Assembly (NCBI GenBank): GCA_963828465.1
Contig: CAWHEU010000002.1
Coordinates: 151,273-215,272, forward strand
Source of the DNA: an uncultured Acidobacteriota bacterium
GTDB taxonomy: Bacteria; Actinomycetota; Acidimicrobiia; Spongiisociales; ZC4RG35
Direction: 5' to 3'
DNA length: 64,000 nt
Made by a program: the position numbers and the translations under genes
Shown: positions 39,205-48,003 of the stretch, one piece after another
Numbering within the stretch: position 1 is the first letter of the stretch
Layout: the number at the start of each line of letters is the position of its first letter
The notes under the pieces: generated by a model
Database searches by the model: none
What the model saw: the letters and a program-made list of their open reading frames with translations, nothing else
Told to the model about the DNA's origin: nothing

Positions 39205-40038
39205 ATGACCGACAACGCACTCCCCATCAGCTTCCTGTCCGACTTCGGTCACTCCGACGAGTTCGTAGGCGTCGTGCATGGGGTGCTGGCCAAGCTGGCG
39301 CCGGAGTCACGGGTCATCGATGTCGGCCATGGCACTCCGCGGGGTGATGTGAAGGCCGCCGCCCTCAGTCTGACCCGTGCCATCCAGTATCTCCCGGAAG
39401 GAGTCGCCCTCGTGGTGGTCGACCCCGGCGTCGGCTCCGAGCGCAAGGCGCTGGCCCTCGAGACGGACTGGGGTTTCTTCGTTGGTCCGGACAACGGGGT
39501 GCTGTCGCCAGCGGTGGCGATGGTGGGCGGGGCCCGGGTGATGGTCTCGATCGACAATCCCGAGGCGAGGATTCCATCGCCGGGCGAGACCTTTCAAGGC
39601 CGAGATGTATTCGCCCCGGCGGCTGCCCTCCTGGCCTCGGGGGAGGCCGCGATCCAGGATCTCGGTCCCGAGGTGGGTCCCGATGCCGTGCAGCCATTGC
39701 TGCTCCCTCTACCGGAGACGCAGGGAAGCCTGGTTACCGGCGAGGCGTGGTGGGTGGATCGGTTCGGGAACGTTCAGACCAACATCGGTCCCGACGACCT
39801 GGCCGCGGTAGGTGTCTCGCCCGGGTCCGTGTTGACGATGAAGGTGGGCGCCACTCTTCACACGATCACGTGGGCTGTCACCTATTCCGATGTGGAGCCC
39901 GGGGAGGCGCTGGTCCATGTCGATTCGGCCGGGCTGATTGCAATAGCGATTCGGGAGGGCGCAGCCGACGAGGAGTTGAACCTGTCCGCGGGCGTGGCGG
40001 TCACCCTGGCTGGGACAGGATCGACGTCAGCTGGATGA
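39205..40038 (+). CDS. SAM hydroxide adenosyltransferase / chlorinase-fluorinase family (DUF62)
   Basis: FLSDFG, VVDPGVGSER, VGPDNG, TFQGRDVFAP, VDRFGN, DSAG. Confidence 0.9.
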   Translation: MTDNALPISFLSDFGHSDEFVGVVHGVLAKLAPESRVIDVGHGTPRGDVKAAALSLTRAIQYLPEGVALVVVDPGVGSERKALALETDWGFFVGPDNGVLSPAVAMVGGARVMVSIDNPEARIPSPGETFQGRDVFAPAAALLASGEAAIQDLGPEVGPDAVQPLLLPLPETQGSLVTGEAWWVDRFGNVQTNIGPDDLAAVGVSPGSVLTMKVGATLHTITWAVTYSDVEPGEALVHVDSAGLIAIAIREGAADEELNLSAGVAVTLAGTGSTSAG

Positions 40039-40099
40039 TGCCGGCGACTGCGATGAGAAGCAGAAGGATGACCAGGACGACGGCGGTGGCGGGTCTCAA
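40001..40099 (-). CDS. 32-aa single-TM small protein (MRPATAVVLVILLLLIAVAGIIQLTSILSQPG)
   Basis: Manual translation; TTG (or GTG at 40102) start, GC3-rich codons, one hydrophobic helix; below the ORF-track size cutoff. Confidence 0.55.
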   Translation of the reverse strand: MRPATAVVLVILLLLIAVAGIIQLTSILSQPG

Positions 40100-40134
40100 C
40101 ACTCACACGATGGCAGACCACGATCGGCCGCCGA

Positions 40135-40172
40135 AAAGTGATGAGGCCCCCACGCGTGGCGGGGGCCTCATC
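40135..40172 (-). terminator. intrinsic terminator
   Basis: gatgaggccccc-gccacgcgt-gggggcctcatc hairpin followed by acTTTT on the minus strand. Confidence 0.75.
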
Positions 40173-40173
40173 T

Positions 40174-40281
40174 GCACGATTGGAGAGTTCCGTACCGTGG
40201 GGCGGGCTGGGAGGCTATCCGTTCACACCTTGGACGAACGTGCCCTTGGTATGAGGGGAACGGTTGACCCTCCATCCGTGC
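40174..40281 (-). ncRNA. candidate ~110-nt sRNA
   Basis: -10 GATAAT (40288-40293) ending 6 nt upstream; 5'/3' ends pair (gcacggatggaggg/ctctccaatcgtgc, G-U pairs on minus); inner ccgttc/gaacgg stem; C-rich loop; terminator follows. Confidence 0.55.
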
Positions 40282-40312
40282 GTGTCCATTATCGGTCACC
40301 CACGGTGGTTAC

Positions 40313-40567
40313 TTGAACAATTCAGCCTTCAGATTCCTGATCAGGGCCGGTTGTCCTCTTTGCGATGAGGCGCGCCCGCTTGTCGAAAAGGCCGTGGCGA
40401 GCGTCGGTGGCACGGTCCGCGAGGTCGATATCGACACCGACGATGCTCTGACCAGGGAATATGGGTTGCGGGTGCCGGTTCTCCTCGGGCCGGCCGACAT
40501 CGTGCTGGCCGAGGGGAAGATCGAGGCGAGGCCTCTACGCAAGGCGTTGCGGAGAATGGCGAACTAG
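40313..40567 (+). CDS. glutaredoxin-like (DUF836) protein
   Basis: RAGCPLCDEA, VDIDTDDAL..EYGLRVPV. Confidence 0.8.
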   Translation: MNNSAFRFLIRAGCPLCDEARPLVEKAVASVGGTVREVDIDTDDALTREYGLRVPVLLGPADIVLAEGKIEARPLRKALRRMAN

Positions 40568-40589
40568 GGAAAAAAATCCGAAGGTTTGG

Positions 40590-41636
40590 CTACGAGGCCG
40601 GTGCAAGGGCGGCCGCGGCGCCGCTCACCGTGGTCGTCGTCTCTCCCTCGGCAGGCGCCTCTTCGCCCGGTGTGGTCTCTCCCGGAGCCTCTCCCTCCTC
40701 GCCCTCTGCCGGGGCCAGGCCGCAGTCGGTGAGCGTCTCAGCCGGGTCGGCGCCACCGAAACGGGCCCGCTCGAAGGCGACGACCGCGGCGAGTTGCTCC
40801 TCGGTCAGAGTCGAGCCGAACGACGGCATCCCTCCGGCGACGGGCTTGTTGGTGTCGCCATACGTCGACCGGCCTTCGCCCTGGAATCCGTCCGAACCGA
40901 GGGTGACCCACTCGATGTGATCGGTGCAGGACCCGAAGGTGGTGACGACGCCTGAGAAACCGGGCCCGACCCCGCCTTGGCCCTGGGCGCCATGACACCC
41001 GTCGCAGTTGGCCACGTTCTGATAGACGTCCTCGCCCATGGCGATGAAGTCGGCTCCTCCTCCACCTGCTCCCGAGCCGGTGAACTCGGTGCCGTCACAG
41101 TTGACTACCTGGCCGGTGATGACATTGGTGGAGAGCTCGGTGGCCTCGCCGCACTCACCGGTGGCGGAGCCGCCCAGAGCGAAGAGGGCGAAGGCGGGAA
41201 TGATCAACATGACCGCGGCCAACCAGCGGGGGATGGCGAGATTCGTCCTCTCCCTGATGCCGGCGGTGGGGACCGTGATCACTTCGGGAAGCCCGGCAGC
41301 CTCGGCGGCGGTCACCTCCGCCGGGACCGGAGAGCGCGTCACCGGGCCAGAGGGCACGGGGGCAGGCGCCGGGGTGACCGGCTCGGCGGGAACGGCTTCG
41401 GGTGCGGCCTCCTCCTCAGGCTGGGTCCCGGCCTCGGGCTCGGCCGTCGGCTCCTCGGGCGGCGCTTCCTCATCCGCAGCGGCGGGTGGAGATCCGGCGA
41501 CCAACCCGCCCCCGGCCCAGGCTGCAAGCACCTCGTCGACCGTCATCCCCGTCTCGGCAGCCCGGGCAGCAGCCGAGCGCTGGACGATGGACTCGGGGAC
41601 GCCGAGGGCTTCAGCGGCGGCGCTCAGGTCACTCAC
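40590..41636 (-). CDS. membrane-anchored monoheme cytochrome c with N-terminal shared module
   Basis: CDGCH, GGMPSFG axial Met, one TM helix, Pro/Ala/Glu linker. Confidence 0.85.
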   Translation of the reverse strand: MSDLSAAAEALGVPESIVQRSAAARAAETGMTVDEVLAAWAGGGLVAGSPPAAADEEAPPEEPTAEPEAGTQPEEEAAPEAVPAEPVTPAPAPVPSGPVTRSPVPAEVTAAEAAGLPEVITVPTAGIRERTNLAIPRWLAAVMLIIPAFALFALGGSATGECGEATELSTNVITGQVVNCDGTEFTGSGAGGGGADFIAMGEDVYQNVANCDGCHGAQGQGGVGPGFSGVVTTFGSCTDHIEWVTLGSDGFQGEGRSTYGDTNKPVAGGMPSFGSTLTEEQLAAVVAFERARFGGADPAETLTDCGLAPAEGEEGEAPGETTPGEEAPAEGETTTTVSGAAAALAPAS

Positions 41637-42480
41637 GACGGGGCCGCCTCTCCCTCGGTGGCAGGCGTCTCTCGGGGCTCTCCTCGGCAGGCTCCTCTTC
41701 AGTTGGCTCACTAGGCGCTGTCTCCTCGAGGGTGGCCGACTCGACCAGATACGCCACCAGGGCATCGAGATCTTCTGATGAGAGGGATAGGGCGGGATGG
41801 TTGTCGAGTCCGGCGATGATCGCCTCGATCTGACTCGCCGTGATCCGCGCCCCGACATTGGACAGATCCGGGCCGAAACGGCGTGATCCCAACACCTGAT
41901 TGGTGTCGCTCAGCGACACCGCCCCAAGACCGACATCCGCGACAACGGGACGCACCATCTGGGTGTGACAGGAGGCACAACCCACAGATTGGTAGATCTC
42001 CTGCCCGTGGAGGGCCGTCTCGGTGTAGGGCAGGTCACTGGTCCGTGCCCCCGGATTCTCGGTGGGGAGGGCCGGCCCCACCACTCCTACCAGGAAGAGG
42101 GCAACGAACAGGCCCACGGCTCCGACGAGGATGGCGATGGGGTTGTCGACCTCACCGACCAGGATCGGTGGCTTGCCGGAGAGAGACCGCGCGGCGGTAA
42201 CCGGGGCGGCGGCGGGCGTCTCGATGACGGGTGTTGGCGTCGTGGACGGGGTGACCGCTGGCTCTGCGGGCTCGTCGGCCTCTGCCGCCGGCGCCTCGGC
42301 GGCCTCCGGTTCAGCGGGAGCGGGCGATGCCGGTGGCGGGATGTCACCTCCACCGGCCCAGGCTGCCAGCACGTCGTCGACCGTCATGCCGGTCTCCTCC
42401 GCCCGAGCAGCGGCGGAGCGCTGCACGATCGCTTCGGGTATTCCGAGGGCAGCAGCGGCCGCAGCGCTCAGCTCACTCAT
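41629..42480 (-). CDS. cbb3-type oxidase subunit II (CcoO/FixO)-like cytochrome c
   Basis: GQEIYQSVGCASCHTQMVRP, GSRRFGPDLSNVG, DALVAYL. Confidence 0.8.
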   Translation of the reverse strand: MSELSAAAAAALGIPEAIVQRSAAARAEETGMTVDDVLAAWAGGGDIPPPASPAPAEPEAAEAPAAEADEPAEPAVTPSTTPTPVIETPAAAPVTAARSLSGKPPILVGEVDNPIAILVGAVGLFVALFLVGVVGPALPTENPGARTSDLPYTETALHGQEIYQSVGCASCHTQMVRPVVADVGLGAVSLSDTNQVLGSRRFGPDLSNVGARITASQIEAIIAGLDNHPALSLSSEDLDALVAYLVESATLEETAPSEPTEEEPAEESPERRLPPRERRPRRE

Positions 42481-43924
42481 CGGCGTCCTCGTCGCTGTCC
42501 GGGTCGGGGCCGTAGACCAGAACTTCCTGGGGGACGGCCCTGCCACTCGTGACCGTCCCGATCACGGTGGCGGCGTACGCCAGCTGTCCGAGGAAGGCCA
42601 CGATGCCGAATCCAACGGCCACGAGCATCAGCACATCGGCCGCCCCGGCCCCGGCGGCCCAGCCCTCCCCGGCGTTCACGTAGGCGGCGCTGTTCGACCC
42701 CGCCACCCACGAGTACCCGCTGACCAACCCGGCCGCGATCATGCTCACCCCGACACCGCCCACCCCTACGACGGTCCATCGATTGAAAGACCGAGGACGA
42801 TCCAAGGTGGCCGGCTCGCGGCCCGATATCCGGGGCAACGCCTCGAAGACGACGCCGGCGGCGAGCAGCACGCCGACGCCGTACAAAGCCACGTATTCGA
42901 TGGCTTCCCAGTAGGCGGTGAGTGCGGTCACCGATCCGACCGAGGGGAAGGCAGCAAAACTGGCGAGGATGGCGACTGCCACCCCCAGGTAGAGGCCCAC
43001 GATGCCAGAGGTGACGCCGGGCTTGTCCCTCAACTTCTCCCAGTGCCCTTGGAGGGTGAGCGAGGCATTGGCGGCATTGGCGAGGGCTGCAATGGGGAAG
43101 GCCAGGCCCAAGGCGGCCGACACACCGTCGATCCAACCCGGCCCGGGGCCAAAGACGAGTTGCGCCGAGCCCCACCATGCGGCGGCGAAGCCGAGTGACC
43201 AGAAGCCGACTGAAGCGAGCTGACGGGAGGCAAGGGGGATATCGAGCTCCTTGACCAGGGTGTAGTAGAAGAGCCCGCTGCCCACGGTGAATCCCCAGAG
43301 CGTGACGAATCCGGCGGAGAAGAAAAGGTCGGAGTACGCCGCACCCAGCGAGCCCACGAAGGGCAGGCTGCCAACCGCATACACGAAGTACAGCAACGGC
43401 AGCCAAGCGACGCCGCCCATCACGAACCAGAGGGTCACGAAACTTCGCTCCTCCTCCCGTCGCCGGATGGTCATCATCGTGACGGCGAAGGGAATGGTCA
43501 GCACCGCAAGCATCGGGAGGTGGAGCCACCAGGGGAGGCCAAACGGCTGTCGACCCTCACCGAGACCGAAGGCCACTGCCAGAAGGTCGAGCACGACGAG
43601 ACCCGAGACGCCGAGGAGCCCGAGGTAGGCCAGTTCCTTCCGCCACAGCCGGGCGCCGGTCAGCCTGGGGAGGACGTAGTAGATGCCACCTGCCAGCGTG
43701 AGCACGAGAAAGCCCAGCATGACCGTGATGTTGGCCATCGACTCGGCGCGGCCGTAGCTGATCGGGGACAGGCCGGCGAAGCGCAGCGAGAAGAGGGCGA
43801 TCAGTTGGAAGACGCCGGCCAGCACCAGGAAGAGAGCCCCTACCAGGAAGTGAGCGACAGCGACGCGGTCCTCATCTCCGGCCCCGAGGAGGGCCCTGAT
43901 GTCTGCAGTTTGGGTTGCGGCCAA
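42473..43924 (-). CDS. cbb3-type oxidase subunit I (CcoN)-like membrane protein lacking heme/CuB His ligands
   Basis: CcoN-like segments SYGR, YYVLPRLTGARLW, TIRRREEERSFVTLWF, FYYTLVKELDIPLASRQLASVGFWSL, LTLQGHWEKLRDKP, LPRISGRE; only 3 His, none at ligand positions. Confidence 0.75.
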   Translation of the reverse strand: MAATQTADIRALLGAGDEDRVAVAHFLVGALFLVLAGVFQLIALFSLRFAGLSPISYGRAESMANITVMLGFLVLTLAGGIYYVLPRLTGARLWRKELAYLGLLGVSGLVVLDLLAVAFGLGEGRQPFGLPWWLHLPMLAVLTIPFAVTMMTIRRREEERSFVTLWFVMGGVAWLPLLYFVYAVGSLPFVGSLGAAYSDLFFSAGFVTLWGFTVGSGLFYYTLVKELDIPLASRQLASVGFWSLGFAAAWWGSAQLVFGPGPGWIDGVSAALGLAFPIAALANAANASLTLQGHWEKLRDKPGVTSGIVGLYLGVAVAILASFAAFPSVGSVTALTAYWEAIEYVALYGVGVLLAAGVVFEALPRISGREPATLDRPRSFNRWTVVGVGGVGVSMIAAGLVSGYSWVAGSNSAAYVNAGEGWAAGAGAADVLMLVAVGFGIVAFLGQLAYAATVIGTVTSGRAVPQEVLVYGPDPDSDEDADE

Positions 43925-43973
43925 GGGTTCCCTCGTCGCGGAACGGGACGGCGGGAGCATAACTACTTCTGTT

Positions 43974-44034
43974 TCTCCCCCCAGCGAGCGCAGCGAGCGT
44001 TGGGGGGAGTACCGCCGAAGGTGGGGAGGGGGGC
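43974..44034. repeat. REP/CIR-like palindromic intergenic element
   Basis: ctcccccca...gcgagcgcagcgagcg...tggggggag-taccgccgaaggtggggagggggg, a double-hairpin architecture typical of small intergenic repeats; one copy in the window. Confidence 0.5.
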
Positions 44035-44085
44035 CGAGCGGGGACTCCAGGGTTCTCTAACGTGCCCCGGGTTGTGGTAGAAACG

Positions 44086-44103
44086 ACGTGAACAGGTATA
44101 CAA
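44086..44103. promoter_or_regulatory. possible Rex operator in the divergent respiratory promoter
   Basis: ACGTGAA-CAGG-TATACAA vs consensus TTGTGAA-N4-TTCACAA (10/14). Confidence 0.4.
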
Positions 44104-44122
44104 CCGTGCCCGAAGACGAGAG

Positions 44123-44728
44123 ATGTATCGCCTCGCAGAACTGAGCGACAGCAGACGCAAGACCATCGGATGGGGACTGCTCGGTCTGGGCTTCGTCGGC
44201 CTCGTTGTGGCGGTGATCTGGATCCACTACACCAGCCTCCCGCCCGAACAGGACGCTGGCATCTTCGATTGGATACCAAGCAACCACTTGCTGAAAGGTG
44301 TCGGCTATCTGGTTGTGTTCGGCGCCTCCCAGATGCTCGTGGTAGGAGCACTGTTCGTCTGGGTGCTCAACCAGAGAATGACCTGGGCCCGTGCCCTCTT
44401 CGCCTCTTTCGTAACCTGGATCGAGCTGGTCATCATCTTTGGGATGGTCCCGTCGGAATGGCTCAACTTCGCCCAGACAGATCTCGACTGGTCGTCACAA
44501 CGGGTGGCGGTCACCATCCCACCCGTCCTGGTGTTGGGCAACGACGTACAGCTCAGCTGGGCTGCCATCAAGGACTCGATCTCGATGGGCTACCACCTGG
44601 TGATGCTGGCGGCCGCGGCAGTGTTCGCCCTTCAGCTGCAGAAGATGAAGAAAGGCCCGCCTGCTTCCGCCGACAAGGCACCTCCCCGCTCACCGTACGG
44701 GCGGCCGCTGGTCAGGGGTGAGGGCTGA
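44123..44728 (+). CDS. 4-TM membrane protein, first gene of the bc operon
   Basis: Hydrophobic ORF with GMVPSEWL and C-terminal SPYGRPLV; TGATG coupling to the ferredoxin. Confidence 0.75.
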   Translation: MYRLAELSDSRRKTIGWGLLGLGFVGLVVAVIWIHYTSLPPEQDAGIFDWIPSNHLLKGVGYLVVFGASQMLVVGALFVWVLNQRMTWARALFASFVTWIELVIIFGMVPSEWLNFAQTDLDWSSQRVAVTIPPVLVLGNDVQLSWAAIKDSISMGYHLVMLAAAAVFALQLQKMKKGPPASADKAPPRSPYGRPLVRGEG

Positions 44729-45177
44729 TGCCCAAGGGTGTCGTCGACGAGACTCCTCCGTACCGAGACGATTATCAGCTCGCTGTCGTCGAGGGCGACT
44801 ATTTCACAGACAAGCTGCGGCCGAAGCAGTTCCTCCACATCGACCAGTCGGAGTGCATCCTCTGCGAGGGCTGTGTCGACATCTGCCCCTGGAAATGCAT
44901 CCACTATCTCTCCTTGGACGCGATCACCGAGGGCGTCAATGTCGACCATCCCGATGAGGACCCGCAGAACCTGGGGTTCTTTGTGGTCGACGAGGACGAA
45001 TGCACGCGTTGCGCCCTCTGTGTCGACCGCTGCCCCACCAATGTGATCACATTGGGCAAGTTCGAGGGGTCCCTGGCCGAGCAGGCCTCAGAGCTCGGGC
45101 TCGACCGCCGGCCCTGGGATTTCGACACCGGGCAACGTGACTTCAAGAATGGATACGCCTACGGGATGCGCTGGTAG
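44728..45177 (+). CDS. 2x[4Fe-4S] ferredoxin
   Basis: [12 protein letters not shown] and [12 protein letters not shown]. Confidence 0.9.
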   Translation: MPKGVVDETPPYRDDYQLAVVEGDYFTDKLRPKQFLHIDQSECILCEGCVDICPWKCIHYLSLDAITEGVNVDHPDEDPQNLGFFVVDEDECTRCALCVDRCPTNVITLGKFEGSLAEQASELGLDRRPWDFDTGQRDFKNGYAYGMRW

Positions 45178-45185
45178 GAGGAGGA

Positions 45186-45962
45186 TTGGCGAACGGCAAC
45201 GGTAAGACCGGTATCGGGGAAAAGATCAAAGATGCGAACGACAAACTCTGGGGCTCCCAGGTTGTCGAATCGATCCTCCGACCCGGCTCGCCCTTCAAGA
45301 AGGGCTACTCGGACAGCCCGAGAAACCGTTCATACGTGGTGATGAACAACGTGCTCTATCACCTCCACCCGGTGAAGGTGAAGCGGCACGGCGTGAAGCT
45401 GTCCTACACGCTGTGTCTGGGTGGCCTCAGCTTCTTCCTCTTCATCCTCCTCACCATCACCGGCATCTTCCTCATGTTCTATTACACGCCGTCGGCGGAG
45501 ACCGCCTACGCCGACATCGAAGCGCTGTCGACCAATGTGGCCTTCGGCTCCCTGGTGCGGAACATGCACCGATGGGGTGCCCATCTGATGGTCCTCTCGG
45601 TGTTCCTCCACATGAGCCGGGTCTTCTATCACGGCGCATACAAGCCACCGCGGGAGTTCAACTGGGTCGTGGGCGTGGTGCTCCTCTTCCTCACCCTGCT
45701 GCTCTCCTTCTCCGGCTACCTCCTGCCTTGGGACCAGTTGGCGCTGTGGGCGGTCACGGTGGGCACGAACATGGCCGGCTTCGTTCCGGTGGTGGGCAAT
45801 GAGGTGAAATTCGCCCTATTGGCGGGGGTCGAGGTGTCGGGCGCCACCCTCCTCCGCTTCTACGTGCTGCATGTACTTGCTTTCCCGTTCATCCTCGTGA
45901 TCTTCCTTGCCGTGCACTTCTGGCGGGTGCGCAAGGACGGCGGCATCTCCGGGCCCCTCTAA
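45186..45962 (+). CDS. qcrB: cytochrome b6-like subunit (split cytochrome b N-terminal domain)
   Basis: YTLCLGG (heme ci Cys), [54 protein letters not shown]. Confidence 0.92.
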   Translation: MANGNGKTGIGEKIKDANDKLWGSQVVESILRPGSPFKKGYSDSPRNRSYVVMNNVLYHLHPVKVKRHGVKLSYTLCLGGLSFFLFILLTITGIFLMFYYTPSAETAYADIEALSTNVAFGSLVRNMHRWGAHLMVLSVFLHMSRVFYHGAYKPPREFNWVVGVVLLFLTLLLSFSGYLLPWDQLALWAVTVGTNMAGFVPVVGNEVKFALLAGVEVSGATLLRFYVLHVLAFPFILVIFLAVHFWRVRKDGGISGPL

Positions 45963-45972
45963 AGGAGTCGTC

Positions 45973-47127
45973 ATGACAGAAATTCCAGAGAGTCTCCTCA
46001 GGAGGTCGGCGGAGGCCAAGGCCAAGGCATTGGGCCTGCCCGTCGAACAGGTGTTGGCCGAGATGAAGGGTGAGGCCCCGCCGACGCCACCGCCGTCGGC
46101 AGAGCCCGCGCCGGCGGATCAGTCCGAGGAGAACGTGGCCGCTGAGATGGAGGAGTCCGCAGAGCGTTCCGCCGAGATCGAGGAGGCAGTGGAGGCAGTC
46201 GACGACGAGCCTGCACCGAAGGAGGAGGTACCGGCCGAGCCGGCAGCCGAAAGCGAGCCAGAGGTCGTGGCCGAAACCGATGCCGATGTTCCCCCCGCCC
46301 CACCCACCGAGGCGCCGCCCGTTGCATCCGAAGAAGACGGAGCGGATGCTTCCTCCCCTGAAGGAGGAGATGTCGCCGAAGGCGACGGAGGGGGGCCGTC
46401 CGCTGATGATGAGGCCTCGCCTGAAACTGAAGTCGAGCCGGCCGCCGCCGCTGTGGCCACCACGGTCGAGGATCGACCAGCCCCGCAGGGAGATGGAGCG
46501 GTCGACGGCGACGGCACGGGCAACGGGTCCGGAAACGGCGCGGGCAAGGTCGCGGCCGTGGTCAGCACCCGTCCCACGGTGCCACCGAAGGGGACGCCCG
46601 AGGGGGTGCGGACGCAGCGTCTGCTCACCGTGGTCAAGGCCAGGGCCATCCAGACGGTCAAGGCCGAGCCAACGGACAAGGTCAACACGTGGCCCCACCT
46701 GATGCTCATGGAGTTCGGGGCCTTGCTGGCGATCACCGGCCTCGTAGTGATCATGTCTGTGGTCATTCACTCACCGCTGCTCGACCCGGCCAACTTCAAC
46801 GCCACTCCGAACCCATCGAAGGCACCGTGGTACTTCCTCGGCCTCCAGGAACTGCTCTCCTACTTCGATCCCCAGATCGCAGGGGTGACCATTCCCACGA
46901 TCACCGGGTTCATTGGCTTCTGGATAATCCCCTACGTCGACAAGAACCCCTCGACCCGGCCCAGCGACCGCAAGTTCGCCATCGCCCTCTACTCGGTGTT
47001 CCTCGCGGGGGCCGCGACGCTCACGATCTTCGGTGTTCTCTTCCGGGGCCTCGGCTTCAACTTCTCCTATCCCTGGAAGGACGGTGTCTACTTCGACGAC
47101 TTGAAGGACTGGGTGCAATTCGAATGA
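45973..47127 (+). CDS. cytochrome b6f subunit IV-like protein with long N-terminal extension
   Basis: TWPHL, PANFNATPNPSKAPWYFLGLQELL, PYVDKNPS..PSDRK; about 210-aa acidic N-terminal extension. Confidence 0.85.
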   Translation: MTEIPESLLRRSAEAKAKALGLPVEQVLAEMKGEAPPTPPPSAEPAPADQSEENVAAEMEESAERSAEIEEAVEAVDDEPAPKEEVPAEPAAESEPEVVAETDADVPPAPPTEAPPVASEEDGADASSPEGGDVAEGDGGGPSADDEASPETEVEPAAAAVATTVEDRPAPQGDGAVDGDGTGNGSGNGAGKVAAVVSTRPTVPPKGTPEGVRTQRLLTVVKARAIQTVKAEPTDKVNTWPHLMLMEFGALLAITGLVVIMSVVIHSPLLDPANFNATPNPSKAPWYFLGLQELLSYFDPQIAGVTIPTITGFIGFWIIPYVDKNPSTRPSDRKFAIALYSVFLAGAATLTIFGVLFRGLGFNFSYPWKDGVYFDDLKDWVQFE

Positions 47128-48003
47128 CCCTGACCAACGCCGCCCTCATCGCGGTCGCCGTGGTGGCGATCCTCGGGGCGGCCGGGGCATTTGCCGTCGC
47201 CTATCGCCGCTCCCAATCCGTCGAGAAAGCCGATCCGCTCGCCGGGGTCTCGTCAGAGACCCGCGCTGCCGACCGGTCGTCCACCGCCGTTCTGATCCCG
47301 CCCCGTGTAGAGGAGGCCGAGGAAACCGTCGAGGAAGAGGCCCCCGAGGAGGAGCCCGAACCGGCTGAGGCGGAAGAGGATGCGGTCGTCGAGATCCTGG
47401 AGACCCAGCGGATCGTCGAGGTGTCGCCGGAGGAAGGCGGAGTCAGCCGCCGTCAGTTCTTCAACAGGGCGATCGCTGCGACCTTCGGGACTTTTCTCGC
47501 TGCTCAGGGTCTCTATTACCTGGCCTTCTTCTGGCCCAAGCTGACCGGTGGCTTCGGCGCCGACATCGACGCCGGCCCAATCACCGATCTGCAAACGCAG
47601 GTGTTCACCCCCGACGGCGCCGTGCTCCCGCTGTTCATTCCCGAGGCGCGCGCCTACCTCGTCCCTGACCTCTGGGGAGCTATCCGCCCAGTTCGAGGGC
47701 CAGGGCGTGGAGACCGACGGCCTGATGGCGCTCTACATGCGATGTGTGCACCTCGGCTGCCGGGTGCCGTGGTGCGCCCCTTCGCAGGGATTCGAGTGCC
47801 CGTGTCACGGGTCGAGGTACAACGCCATTGGCCAGTATTTCGGCGGCCCTGCCCCTCGAAACCTCGACCGATTCGTCGTAGAGAACCAGGGCGGCAACCT
47901 CATCATTCGCACCGGCACCATCATCCAGACGCCCCGGGCGCCGGTGTTGACCGTCCAGTACCCGCAAGGACCTAGCTGCATCAGCGCAGTGGCCGAGGCA
48001 TGA
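47124..48003 (+). CDS. qcrA: Rieske [2Fe-2S] subunit (frameshift near 47668)
   Basis: SRRQFF Tat-like motif plus TM helix; CVHLGC, CPCHGS, GPAPRNL. Confidence 0.88.
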
